Shown here: positions 1-9,658 of the stretch, piece after piece
Layout: every line of letters begins with the position of its first letter
Position numbering within the stretch: the stretch's first letter is position 1
DNA from: Candidatus Altimarinota bacterium
Lineage (GTDB): Bacteria; Patescibacteriota; Gracilibacteria; UBA1369; GCA-2718715
Length of the DNA stretch: 64,000 nucleotides
NCBI GenBank assembly: GCA_041242255.1
Contig: JBESAV010000001.1
Coordinates: 672,001 to 736,000, forward strand
Direction: 5' to 3'
Notes under the pieces: model-generated
Databases searched by the model: none
What the model was told of the DNA's origin: nothing
The model's input: only the letters and a program-made list of their open reading frames with translations
Position numbers and translations under genes: made by a program

Positions 1-2
1 TA

Positions 3-1607
3 ACTATTAGTTTCATCAACTTTTTGGTTTCCTCTAAACCTCTCATTTTCAAAAGTGAATTCAGGATCTAGAGCTAAGAATCTTAAAACTACATCCCTAT
101 AAGAAAGCTCACTTCCAGCACTTTGATCAATCTTAACTTTTTGCCATAGTAGTTTCATTTCATTTTTAACTTCTTCTGGGATGTTTTTCATTTTATAAAT
201 AGACTCTTTACCTTTCCTTTCAGGATTATATCTATTCATAAACATATCAATACCAAGGTATGTATTAGCCACATCTAAATCTTTACCATCTATGTAGTTT
301 ACCCATTCTTTTGAGTCACTTTTGTTATTTGAAACTTTATTTATAACTTCAGAAAACTCTAAATTATATATTCTAGGGTTATACATTGTTTCTATAAAGC
401 TCCCGGCACCATAAATTTCCTCTTCAGATGGTTCAGAGTTCTTCAAAAACTCAGCATAGTCTTTAGCTTTAACCATATTATTCATTTTCTCATAATCTTT
501 ACTGTACTCTTTTTCATAAATATCAGAGACCAAGTTTACTCCAACATAAGCAGCTAAAGCAGTACCAACTCCTCTCAAAAGTTTACTAATAGGAGCAAGT
601 TCTTCAGTATCTTTGTCTCGAGCATTCAAAAGCCCATAACCTAACTTAGCAAACCAAGCAGCCCCAATCAGAGCCACCGCTTTTACAGGCATTGGTGCAT
701 CTTTAAACTTTTCAAGAATCTCACCACTAACCTCCTTAGTTTTCCCCCATGCTTCCTGATTAAGTTCTGCTACCCCACCTAAGCTAACATCAAAATTCTC
801 TTTAAAGTCCATACCCCGCTTGCTAGTAGTTCGAGCTAAGACCCCATCCATAAAAGAGTCTAACTTCAAGTCAGTAGTTTTGTAGTTCTTCATAAGAGAC
901 AATACTCTCAAGATAAAAGTATCAACCCCTTTTGGGTTACGATCATTTCTTAATAAACTCTTATAATTCTCTACCTTTGTCTTCACACCACTTGTTAAGT
1001 TTTGGTCTCCAAGACTTTCTAAAATTTGCAACTTAACTTTACTCGGTAAACTCTTAACTTTTTCCATTCCAAAATTAAGTATATCTTTATCAATACTTTC
1101 CAAGTCCAAGATAACCTGATCTTTGTTTTGGATTACCATTGCTTGCAAGTCAATTTCCTCAGACTTATTACTTACCTGATTATACTTAATTTCATAACTA
1201 GAGGGGTCTACAAGTATTAGATTGGAAGATCCATTAGCAATCTCTTCTTCTGATATATCAGTTGTTAGATATTCAGCTAACTTCTTATCCAATTTAGCCA
1301 AAAGCTTTTCCATCTTCTCCTTATAAACTTTTTCATCATCAATCGTTCCAATCAAAACCATCCTATCTATCTCAGAAGATAAAAAGCCAAATGGGAAAAT
1401 GTACTTTTGATAAATTTTCAATTTGCTCTCCATATAGTCAGATGCATTAGAATCCAATCCATTTATCTCACTTTCAACCCTTTGTTTCATTTCTTTCTTC
1501 ACTTCAGGATCTTTAGCAGTCTCAAGTACTTTAGGGAGATTTTCAGAGTGAACTCCAATTTCTTTCTCTATACCAGCTACTTGATCTTTTACTTTAATTT
1601 TTTCCAT
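3..1607 (-). CDS. Large hypothetical protein with two central hydrophobic segments; partial, runs off the window start
   Basis: Missing from the ORF track because it has no stop in the window. Manual translation from ATG 1607 gives MEKIKVKDQVAGIEKE..., and spot checks stay in frame (AWFAKLGYGLLNARDKDTEE near 600-660). An extended -10 lies just upstream. Confidence 0.75.
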   Translation of the reverse strand, partial: MEKIKVKDQVAGIEKEIGVHSENLPKVLETAKDPEVKKEMKQRVESEINGLDSNASDYMESKLKIYQKYIFPFGFLSSEIDRMVLIGTIDDEKVYKEKMEKLLAKLDKKLAEYLTTDISEEEIANGSSNLILVDPSSYEIKYNQVSNKSEEIDLQAMVIQNKDQVILDLESIDKDILNFGMEKVKSLPSKVKLQILESLGDQNLTSGVKTKVENYKSLLRNDRNPKGVDTFILRVLSLMKNYKTTDLKLDSFMDGVLARTTSKRGMDFKENFDVSLGGVAELNQEAWGKTKEVSGEILEKFKDAPMPVKAVALIGAAWFAKLGYGLLNARDKDTEELAPISKLLRGVGTALAAYVGVNLVSDIYEKEYSKDYEKMNNMVKAKDYAEFLKNSEPSEEEIYGAGSFIETMYNPRIYNLEFSEVINKVSNNKSDSKEWVNYIDGKDLDVANTYLGIDMFMNRYNPERKGKESIYKMKNIPEEVKNEMKLLWQKVKIDQSAGSELSYRDVVLRFLALDPEFTFENERFRGNQKVDETNS

Positions 1608-1626
1608 GAAAAACTTTAATCATACA

Positions 1627-1635
1627 ATTATAGCA
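1627..1635 (-). promoter_or_regulatory. Extended -10 promoter TGCTATAAT for the 1607 ORF
   Basis: Exact TGnTATAAT on the minus strand, about 20 nt before the ATG. Confidence 0.55.
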
Positions 1636-1660
1636 CATTTAAGGCTTATCTAAAAGCACA

Positions 1661-1689
1661 TTGATCAAAATATACAAATAGATTATATT
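1661..1689 (+). promoter_or_regulatory. Sigma70-type promoter of tig
   Basis: TTGATC-N17-TATATT; supports ATG 1712 as the true start. Confidence 0.45.
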
Positions 1690-1711
1690 GCACAAAAATA
1701 ACTACATATTC

Positions 1712-3010
1712 ATGAGTAAATCTACTATAAACGTTAAAACTTCAAAGACAAAAAACTCTGAAGTAATTTTAAAAATTGAAGTAACTGAAGAAGCTAGAAA
1801 AAGCTTTTACGAAAAAGCAGCAAAAGAAATAAGTCAAAATCTAAACGTAAATGGTTTTAGAAAAGGTCATATCCCTACAAATTTAGTAGAAGAGAAAGTA
1901 GGTAAAGCAACTATACAGGCACATGCATTAGATTTAGCACTGCCAGAAACTTACTCTGCTGCAGTAAAAAAAGAAAAAATTGAGCCAATCGCAATGCCAA
2001 AAGTTGAAATAGACTCTCTTGAAGAAATGAAATACACAGCAACATGCGCTGTTATGCCGGAAATAGAATTAAAGAATTTAGACAAAATCAAAGTAGAATC
2101 AAAACCTGCTAAAGTAGCTAAAAAGGATGTAGACCAAGAAGTAGAAAACATTCTGAAAAGACACACTGAGTGGAAGGTTGTAAAAAGAGCAGCTAAAAAT
2201 GAAGACAGAGCAGAAATAGATTTTTCAGGATTCGATAAAGACGGAAACCCAATTCCAAATACAGAAAGTAAAAACTACCCATTAGTACTTGGATCTGGAG
2301 TGTTTATACCTGGATTTGAAGATAATGTTGAAGGGATGAAAGCTGGTGAAGAAAAGTCTTTCCAAGTTACTTTCCCTAAAGACTATCACGCTGACAACTT
2401 GAAAAATGCTGAGGTTACTTTCAAAGTAAAGGTAAATCAGGTCGAAGAACCATCTACCCCTAAACTTACTGATAAGTTTATCAAAGAAACTCTCAAAAAA
2501 GATCAAAATAAAGAAGATTATCTAAAAGAAATCAAATCTAACCTTCTTAAGCAAAAAGAACACCAAGCAGTGCACGAAGCAGAAAACAAAGTTTTCGAAA
2601 AACTAATCAAAGAAGCAAAAATTGATCTATCAGATATTCTAGTTGAAGAAGAATTAAGAATCATCAAACAAGAAATTCAAGCTGACTTACAGAAAAGAGG
2701 TCAGACATTTGAAAACTTTGAGGCAGACCTTAAAGAAAGAGAAGGAAAGTCATTTGAAGAGCTTTATAAAGAAAAAGCCGAAGAAAGAGTTAAATTAAGA
2801 TTTATAGTTGATCATATTATTAAAACTAAAAAACTTGAGGTATCAGAAAAAGAAATTGAAGCGGATATCAAACAAAAGATAGAAACAGCTGACGAATCCA
2901 TCAAAAAGCATGTTGAGGATTATTACAAACAAAACCCACAAGCTAAACAAAGTATCAAGCAACATATCCTAATGGATAAACTTATCAAACTATTCCTAGA
3001 TAAAAAATAG
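1712..3010 (+). CDS. tig: Trigger factor
   Basis: GFRKGHIP ribosome-binding motif, FKBP domain (LGSGVFIPGFED, VTFPKDYHA), C-terminal chaperone domain. Confidence 0.97.
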   Translation: MSKSTINVKTSKTKNSEVILKIEVTEEARKSFYEKAAKEISQNLNVNGFRKGHIPTNLVEEKVGKATIQAHALDLALPETYSAAVKKEKIEPIAMPKVEIDSLEEMKYTATCAVMPEIELKNLDKIKVESKPAKVAKKDVDQEVENILKRHTEWKVVKRAAKNEDRAEIDFSGFDKDGNPIPNTESKNYPLVLGSGVFIPGFEDNVEGMKAGEEKSFQVTFPKDYHADNLKNAEVTFKVKVNQVEEPSTPKLTDKFIKETLKKDQNKEDYLKEIKSNLLKQKEHQAVHEAENKVFEKLIKEAKIDLSDILVEEELRIIKQEIQADLQKRGQTFENFEADLKEREGKSFEELYKEKAEERVKLRFIVDHIIKTKKLEVSEKEIEADIKQKIETADESIKKHVEDYYKQNPQAKQSIKQHILMDKLIKLFLDKK

Positions 3011-3072
3011 TTTTAGTTGCATTTGTACTAAATAAATTTTATTGTAGAGGTGTATAAATATTTTACTCTTAA

Positions 3073-3624
3073 ATGCTTAAGAAATTATTCACCTCTTCAG
3101 TTCGTATTAAGATCTTAGATCTTTTTTTTCATAATCCTGGAGAAGAGTATTATATTCGTGAAATGACGAGATTGTTAGACGAACAAATCAATTCAGTCAG
3201 AAGAGAACTAACCAACTTAAAAAAAGCAGGAGTTCTTAAGAGTAAAACAAAAACCAGAAAGAAATATTACTACCTAGATCCAGATTTCATGCTTCATGAC
3301 GAACTGAAGTCAATTTTTCTAAAGGCTAGCGCAAAAAACACTAAGCTGTCACAAGCTATTAGTAAGATAGGAAACATTAAGTTATTAGTTTTATCAGGTA
3401 ACTTTGTTGAAACTGAAGCTGACGCTGACTTATTGATTGTAGGTGATATAGACAAGTTAGAGTTATCTCATTACCTAGAAGCACAAATTGATTATCCTGT
3501 CAGGTTCTCAGTAATGTCAGAAGAAGACTTCAAATATAGACTAGAATGCAATGACCAGTTCGTATTGAGTATGTTAAAAAACCCAAAGAGCATACAGCCT
3601 ATCAATAAATTAGGAATTCTATAG
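3073..3624 (+). CDS. Winged-HTH protein fused to a minimal nucleotidyltransferase-like domain
   Basis: N-terminal YIREMTRLLDEQINSVRRELTNLKKAGVL (wHTH); C-terminal LSGNF...DADLLIVG (G..DxD). Confidence 0.75.
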   Translation: MLKKLFTSSVRIKILDLFFHNPGEEYYIREMTRLLDEQINSVRRELTNLKKAGVLKSKTKTRKKYYYLDPDFMLHDELKSIFLKASAKNTKLSQAISKIGNIKLLVLSGNFVETEADADLLIVGDIDKLELSHYLEAQIDYPVRFSVMSEEDFKYRLECNDQFVLSMLKNPKSIQPINKLGIL

Positions 3625-3632
3625 CATTGACC

Positions 3633-3660
3633 TTGCAATAAGTTATATTTTCCATATAAT
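3633..3660 (+). promoter_or_regulatory. Promoter of rplS
   Basis: TTGCAA-N16-TATAAT. Confidence 0.45.
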
Positions 3661-3687
3661 CAGCATGCTTAAAATAACTGTATTAAA

Positions 3688-4164
3688 ATGAATGATGTAT
3701 TATTAAAATACGTTGCACAAGATAACCTAAAGGCTAGACCAGTAGTTAAGCCAGGAATGCGCGTAAAAGTAACTCAAAAAATCAAAGAAGGTGACAAAGA
3801 AAGAAGTCAGTCTTTTGAAGGATTAGTTATAAAAACTAATAAAAAGAAAGGGATCAACCACACTTTCACTGTTAGAACTGTAATCGGTGGTATTGGAGTT
3901 GAAAAAGTTTTCCCACTTCACGCTGAGAATATTGAAGAGATTAAAATCTTAAAACTTAACAAAGTTAGAAGAGCTAAACTTTACTACATGAGAGACAGAT
4001 CAGGTAAGTCTGCTCGTCTAAGAGAGATTAAAACTGATATGGATAAGCTTAACGAGCTTGTAGAACCACAAAAAGTTGAATTAAAGAAAGAAGCCAAACC
4101 AGCTAAAGCTGAAAAAGCTACTGAAGAAAAAACTGAAAACAAAGAGGAAGCAAAATCTAAATAA
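3688..4164 (+). CDS. rplS: 50S ribosomal protein L19 with a charged C-terminal tail
   Basis: EGDKERSQSFEG, GVEKVFP, KVRRAKLYYMR. Confidence 0.98.
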   Translation: MNDVLLKYVAQDNLKARPVVKPGMRVKVTQKIKEGDKERSQSFEGLVIKTNKKKGINHTFTVRTVIGGIGVEKVFPLHAENIEEIKILKLNKVRRAKLYYMRDRSGKSARLREIKTDMDKLNELVEPQKVELKKEAKPAKAEKATEEKTENKEEAKSK

Positions 4165-4165
4165 T

Positions 4166-5179
4166 CTATTCTTCGCTTAATACATCTTCTAAAACCTCAT
4201 CCAACTCGGCATGAGGTTTTTTATATTCCTTAGCTAATGCTAAACGAACCACATCTGCATAATCCAAATTAGCATCATCCTTCCTTAAATTAATAACAGA
4301 TTTAAGTTCAACATCACTCATCATTGAAAAAACTTTACTAGAATACGATAAACTCACCAATGGCTTGTTAAGCTTTAAAGCAGTTATACCTGCATGCAGT
4401 CTCTCTGCAATAACAAACTTACAATGACTAACATGCTCTAGAGCTTCTTCTAAATCATTTTGAGTATAACCAACTGTGTACTTTCTTTTAACCCCTTCAC
4501 TAAGTATTTCTGATGCAAACTCAGCATCTTCTTTTCCAAAAGACAAAACACATATCTCATTAAACTCAAGAACATCCTCAAGCTCAACCAAAAGGTTATT
4601 TACAACTTTTTTAAGCTGATTATTATCTACTAACCTATACGGTCGAAGATTTATTCCAATCATGTTACTAGTCACCTGCCTTGTTTCTTGTTTCAAATGC
4701 CACACCAAATCATTTACTCTTACAGACTTCTCCGGAAAATGCTCATCTATAAGCTTTTTAGAATAACTATCTCTTACTGAAACCTTATCAACCATACTCA
4801 AAAGAAATTTTACAACCCGATCAATTGAACTAAATGATTGACCAATCATTACAGTAGTTTTTTTAAAAATACTCGCAGCTACAATTATCTGTCCCCATAT
4901 CAATAAAGACATCTTTTCTTCAGGATTTAAAAGCCCACCCCCTCCAAAAACAACTACATCACATCGCTTCAATTCTTTGAAAAATTCAATCCACTTAAAC
5001 TTAAAAAAACTTCTAAAGCCAGCTGGTGGTATCCCAACTGAATCTTCAAATTTTCCAGGACAAGCAAGGACGTAATCAGCCCCGAGTTCATGTATTTGTT
5101 GAATACTTGATAACATCAAAAGATCATCTCCAACATTCCCAGCTCCATAATTTCCTACCAACAAAACTTTTTTCATCAC
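4166..5179 (-). CDS. Polysaccharide pyruvyl transferase, CsaB-like
   Basis: GNYGAGNVGDD, FGGGGLL, GQS, SVRD, RLHAGI, SYSSKV motifs. Confidence 0.88.
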   Translation of the reverse strand: MMKKVLLVGNYGAGNVGDDLLMLSSIQQIHELGADYVLACPGKFEDSVGIPPAGFRSFFKFKWIEFFKELKRCDVVVFGGGGLLNPEEKMSLLIWGQIIVAASIFKKTTVMIGQSFSSIDRVVKFLLSMVDKVSVRDSYSKKLIDEHFPEKSVRVNDLVWHLKQETRQVTSNMIGINLRPYRLVDNNQLKKVVNNLLVELEDVLEFNEICVLSFGKEDAEFASEILSEGVKRKYTVGYTQNDLEEALEHVSHCKFVIAERLHAGITALKLNKPLVSLSYSSKVFSMMSDVELKSVINLRKDDANLDYADVVRLALAKEYKKPHAELDEVLEDVLSEE

Positions 5180-5781
5180 AAACTAATATTATAACTCTTT
5201 CTGTGTATCCTTTCTAAGCCATGCTGCCTAATCTCTTCCTTATGCAACTTAGTTAGATATGCTTTATGTCTATTATAACTAAAAGGGGAGTCATGACTAT
5301 AAAGTTTCATCATTTCGTCTCTAAACTCTTTTGCGATAATACTTGCAGCAGCAATACATAAACATTTGGAGTCTCCCTTAATAATCGACTTATTATCTGT
5401 AAATAAATACTTATCTGGAACCTTTAAGTTTCCATCCATCAATATAAAATCCACACCAAAACCTGTAGCCTCAAAGTTTCTAAGAAGTCTAGACATAGCC
5501 AGTTTAGAGCAGTCACTTAAGCCATGCTTATCAATTTCCTCGGGCCAAACTATTCCGATCTGATAATCAACTTTGATTTCATTCAGCTCATGAAGAATCT
5601 GCCGCCTTTTCTTGTCAGTTAACTTCTTAGAGTCAGTTAAGCCATCAATAGCTTCTAACTCTTTAATGTACCTAACACCACAAAACACCATTGGTCCTGC
5701 TGCTGGGCCTCTACCTACCTCATCTATCCCTATAATGCAATGATAACCCTTATCTATTAAACTATTTTCCAATTTTAACAT
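5176..5781 (-). CDS. rnhB: Ribonuclease HII
   Basis: GIDEVGRG, DSKKL, KGD, IAAASIIAK, HRKSY; ATG 5781 preferred over GTG 5802. Confidence 0.95.
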   Translation of the reverse strand: MLKLENSLIDKGYHCIIGIDEVGRGPAAGPMVFCGVRYIKELEAIDGLTDSKKLTDKKRRQILHELNEIKVDYQIGIVWPEEIDKHGLSDCSKLAMSRLLRNFEATGFGVDFILMDGNLKVPDKYLFTDNKSIIKGDSKCLCIAAASIIAKEFRDEMMKLYSHDSPFSYNRHKAYLTKLHKEEIRQHGLERIHRKSYNISL

Positions 5782-6535
5782 CTTTACTAACTTTATTTTC
5801 ACGCTTTAAACCAGCTGACTTTCTATCATTAATAATTCTAGATCTAACTAGTTCATTTGCCCTGTACAAACTTTCAAAAGTTCCAGCATCAATCCACTCA
5901 TCCTCTAAGAAATTAGCTTTCACTTTAGATTCTTCAAGATAAATATTACTAAGGTCAGTTACCTCATACTCACCTCTACCTGATGGTTTGAGCCTTTCAA
6001 TATAATCAAACATTTTCTCATCATAAATATAGAGACCAGTCACAGCATAATCAGAAGCAGGATTCTCTGGTTTCTCCGTAATATTTGTAATTGTCCTTCC
6101 CTCCAGAGTCGGCACTCCAAATCTTTCAGGATCGTGAACTTTCTTCAAAAAAAGCTCACACCCACCCTCAAATTCAGCAATCTTAACTGAAACATCTTCA
6201 AAATAAATATTATCTCCTAAAATCACAGCCACTTTACTACCTTCACAAAAAGGCTTAGCCTTGTAGATCGCGTTAGCAATACCAAGTGCTTCATCTTGTA
6301 CTGCATAGTTAATTTTACAATCAAAGTCACTACCATCACCTAACAACTCTTTAAACTGGTCTAACTGAAAGCTTCCGGTCACAACTGTCACTTCCTTAAT
6401 ACCCATACTCAATAATGTCTGCAGAGGATAATAAACCATAGGCTTGTCGTAAATAGGTAATAAGTGTTTATTTACCACTTTAGTTAGTGGGTTCAGTCGG
6501 CTACCTCTACCTCCAGCACAAATTATCCCTTTCAT
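5762..6535 (-). CDS. rfbA: Glucose-1-phosphate thymidylyltransferase (RmlA/SpsI-like)
   Basis: AGGRGSRLNPLT, KHLLPIYDKPM, LGDN, EKP, RGEYEVTD, WIDAGT. Confidence 0.92.
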   Translation of the reverse strand: MKGIICAGGRGSRLNPLTKVVNKHLLPIYDKPMVYYPLQTLLSMGIKEVTVVTGSFQLDQFKELLGDGSDFDCKINYAVQDEALGIANAIYKAKPFCEGSKVAVILGDNIYFEDVSVKIAEFEGGCELFLKKVHDPERFGVPTLEGRTITNITEKPENPASDYAVTGLYIYDEKMFDYIERLKPSGRGEYEVTDLSNIYLEESKVKANFLEDEWIDAGTFESLYRANELVRSRIINDRKSAGLKRENKVSKDVKIGK

Positions 6536-6536
6536 A

Positions 6537-7799
6537 CTAATTATTAATTATCTCAGTAACTTTCCCTAAAACCTCTGAAGTTTTAAGGTTTTCAGTATCT
6601 TCTGACTCTCTTAGCTTGAATTCAACTTCATCTTTTTCGTTAAGTCTTCCACTCACTACAAGCCTTACAGGTATACCCATAAGATCAGCATCATTAAACT
6701 TATTACCAGCCGAAGTATCTCTATCATCCCACAGGACTTCTACACCAGCATTAGACAAGTCTTTATACAATTTTGAAGCTTGCTCAACCACTTCCTCCTT
6801 ATCTCCAATACTCACCATATAAACATGGAAAGGAGCAATTTGCTTTGGCCATACTAAACCTTTCTCATCAGACATGAGCTCAGCAATAACTCCCATAGTT
6901 CTCCCAGGCCCAATTCCGTAGCAACCCATAATACATGACTGAACCTCACCATTTTCATCAGTAAAATTACAGTCTAAAGCCTTACTATATTTTGTACCCA
7001 GACTAAAAGTATTTCCAACTTCTGAAGCCGACACTTCTTCAAGATCCGTTTTGTTCAAACCTAACTTTTCAATAACTTCATCATTATAAACTTCTTGATT
7101 TAGAGCTATACCCTTAGATTTATCAATGTATATAGTGTCTTCTCCAGCCTCACAAACCACTTGAAACTCATCACTAAAATCAGTGAAAGGAGCTCCATCA
7201 GCAAATGTCCTGTAGGTGTATTCACCAATCCCAAGACGATCAAACACTCTTAAATAAGCAGTAACAGCCTCTTCGTAAAATGCCTCATGCTCTTCCTCTG
7301 ATTTACTAAATGAATACAGATCCTTCATCAAAAATTCACGCATTCTCAAAATTCCATTTTTAGCCCTCAACTCATTTCTAAACTTAGTTTGAAACTGATA
7401 CACAGCCACTGGCAAATCCTTATAAGAGTTTATAAACTTAGACATCATAGCCGTCACAGGTTCTTCATGAGTACAACCCAATGGAAGCTCAGCACCATTT
7501 TTCAATTCTGTTTTAAACCACACATCGATTTTTTCATCACTAATCCTACCAGTTTTCTCCCAATTCTCAGGATTTTGTAGGGCTGTCAGAGCCAATTCTT
7601 GACCACCTAATCCATTCATCTCTTCACGTATAATCGCAACAATCTTATCCAAAACCCTTTTTCCAAGAGGTAAAAAAGAATAAACCCCCGCCATTTCTTT
7701 ATAGATGAAACCAGCCTTCAGAAGATTTATAGCCGATATAGCCGTTTCATCCTTTGGATCATCCTTAGTCGTTTTTATAAATAATTGTGAGTATTTCAT
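6537..7799 (-). CDS. proS: Prolyl-tRNA synthetase, short form without the INS editing domain
   Basis: THEE, QTKFRNELR, REFLMKDLYSF, MGCYGIG, anticodon-binding domain; 420 aa. Confidence 0.95.
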   Translation of the reverse strand: MKYSQLFIKTTKDDPKDETAISAINLLKAGFIYKEMAGVYSFLPLGKRVLDKIVAIIREEMNGLGGQELALTALQNPENWEKTGRISDEKIDVWFKTELKNGAELPLGCTHEEPVTAMMSKFINSYKDLPVAVYQFQTKFRNELRAKNGILRMREFLMKDLYSFSKSEEEHEAFYEEAVTAYLRVFDRLGIGEYTYRTFADGAPFTDFSDEFQVVCEAGEDTIYIDKSKGIALNQEVYNDEVIEKLGLNKTDLEEVSASEVGNTFSLGTKYSKALDCNFTDENGEVQSCIMGCYGIGPGRTMGVIAELMSDEKGLVWPKQIAPFHVYMVSIGDKEEVVEQASKLYKDLSNAGVEVLWDDRDTSAGNKFNDADLMGIPVRLVVSGRLNEKDEVEFKLRESEDTENLKTSEVLGKVTEIINN

Positions 7800-7802
7800 A
7801 TT

Positions 7803-8642
7803 TTAATTCTTAATTTTTTCTGCATATTCTTTCATCAATTTTTCCATCGATTCATGTACATCGGGGACTTCAATTCCTTTTTCTATCAAATTAGAAGAAT
7901 CTAGAAAATTATTAGAACGCTTTTTAGTTGCTAAACCTAGACTAACAAGTTCCTCCTCAGTTATCCATTCTTTCTCAAGAGTTGGATCCACATACTTCTT
8001 GAACAGGTCAATAATCTCTTTATGCTTAATAGTTCCAGAATTAACCACATGAAAATTACCAGCAATTTTACGCTCCAACAACTCTCTAAAAACCTTAACC
8101 ATATCATCAATAACAGTAACACTATTCTCTACATCAATGATCTTTTCATATGAGACTAGCTTATCTATAATATTCCGAGGTCCAGGCTCACTATCAATTG
8201 GCATTCGAATTCTAGCAATTCCAACATTTTCGTAATTTTCTAAAATCAAATCACCCGCATATTTCGCCCTCGAGTAAACTGCTTGGGGATTCGCAAAGTC
8301 ATCAGGCCTCCACTTTCCATCAGCATGACTAGACTCACCATAAAATACACAACCAGACCCAATATGTAACAAATACACTGCTTTCTTTTTACAAGCCTCA
8401 GCTATATAAAAGGGGAGCAAAGTATTTCCCTCCACGGTTTCTCTCACATGTGTTTCACACCAATCAACATTAGGTTTACCAGTAACACCTGCAGCATTTA
8501 AAACCACATCAGGATTATGCTCAGCGATAACACTCAAAGCATCTTCGATAGATTGGATTTTTTTACTTATAATCACAGAGTCCTCCCATGCCTCATTACA
8601 TTTTTGCCCTATCCAACCAGCACCAATGATCAAAATCTTCAT
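7803..8642 (-). CDS. NDP-4-keto-6-deoxyglucose 3,5-epimerase/4-reductase (NRS/ER-type, RmlD superfamily)
   Basis: GAGWIG, NAAGVTGKPNVDWCETH, SGC, YSRAK, RIRMPI, RSN; adjacent to rfbB. Confidence 0.82.
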   Translation of the reverse strand: MKILIIGAGWIGQKCNEAWEDSVIISKKIQSIEDALSVIAEHNPDVVLNAAGVTGKPNVDWCETHVRETVEGNTLLPFYIAEACKKKAVYLLHIGSGCVFYGESSHADGKWRPDDFANPQAVYSRAKYAGDLILENYENVGIARIRMPIDSEPGPRNIIDKLVSYEKIIDVENSVTVIDDMVKVFRELLERKIAGNFHVVNSGTIKHKEIIDLFKKYVDPTLEKEWITEEELVSLGLATKKRSNNFLDSSNLIEKGIEVPDVHESMEKLMKEYAEKIKN

Positions 8643-8647
8643 ACTTT

Positions 8648-9652
8648 CTACTTTAGGTTTTTATAATACTCCTCTTGAAATCTTTTGTGTTCGTCGCTTA
8701 CTACTTTATCACACCAGGTAGTATTTTCTTTGTACCAGGCAATAGTATTTCTCAGTCCCTCTTTAAACTCTATTTGTGGCTCCCAGTCTAATTCCTCACG
8801 TATTTTAGTTGTATCAAGTAAATACCTCTTATCATGACTCTTACGGTCCTCAATATAGTTTTTCAAGGATTTATCACCACCTAATTCATTTAAAATAAAG
8901 TCTGTAATCTCTTCTACGCTCTTTTCAACCCCCGTACCGATATTATAAGCAGTTCCAAGCCTTCCTTTCTTCAATATCATATCAACAGCTCTATTATGAT
9001 CATCAACATGTATCCACTCTCGTTTATTTTCACTACTTTTAAAAATAGGTAACTTCTCACCGTTCAAAACTTTTGTTGTAAAAAGTGGAATCAATTTCTC
9101 AGGAAACTGATATGGGCCATAATTATTTGCACAATGACTTATAGTGACAGGCAGATCAAAGGTATGGAAATAAGCCATAACTTCATGGTTTGCTGCCGCT
9201 TTAGAAGCATTATATGGAGTCCTAGGCATATATGCATCTGTCTCTTTAAAAGATCTATCTTCATCTAATTCCAGATCACCAAAAACCTCACATGTAGATA
9301 TATGATGAAAGCGAATTCCTCCTCTATCTACACATGCTTGCATCAACACCTGTACTCCGAGTGTATTAGTCTCTAGGAAAATATAAGGATTCTCCACTGC
9401 ACGATCATTGTGGGATTCTGCAGCAAAGTTGACCACACAATCTACTCCTTCTAGAGCATCATAAACTTTATCATAATCTTTTATATCTCCCTGAATAAAA
9501 TCCATATCCAGGTCTTTAATCGTCGATTCATTCCCAGCATAGGTCAACAAGTCATACCCAATAACTTTATCACTTGGATACTTGTTATTCCAATATCTAA
9601 CAAAATTTGACCCAATAAACCCAGCTGCACCTGTAACCAAAATTTTCATCAA
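8648..9652 (-). CDS. rfbB: dTDP-glucose 4,6-dehydratase
   Basis: VTGAAGFIGSNF, DLLTYAGN, FAAESH, YNASKA, NNYGPYQFPEKLIP, REWIHVDDH. Confidence 0.95.
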   Translation of the reverse strand: MMKILVTGAAGFIGSNFVRYWNNKYPSDKVIGYDLLTYAGNESTIKDLDMDFIQGDIKDYDKVYDALEGVDCVVNFAAESHNDRAVENPYIFLETNTLGVQVLMQACVDRGGIRFHHISTCEVFGDLELDEDRSFKETDAYMPRTPYNASKAAANHEVMAYFHTFDLPVTISHCANNYGPYQFPEKLIPLFTTKVLNGEKLPIFKSSENKREWIHVDDHNRAVDMILKKGRLGTAYNIGTGVEKSVEEITDFILNELGGDKSLKNYIEDRKSHDKRYLLDTTKIREELDWEPQIEFKEGLRNTIAWYKENTTWCDKVVSDEHKRFQEEYYKNLK

Positions 9653-9658
9653 AAATTC

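Noticed and set aside
1407-1619. 70-aa plus-strand ORF
   Set aside because: Antisense shadow of the long minus-strand ORF starting at 1607
1632-1662. Direct repeat AGCACATT x2 in the divergent promoter region
   Set aside because: Only 8 bp and two copies; cannot be distinguished from chance
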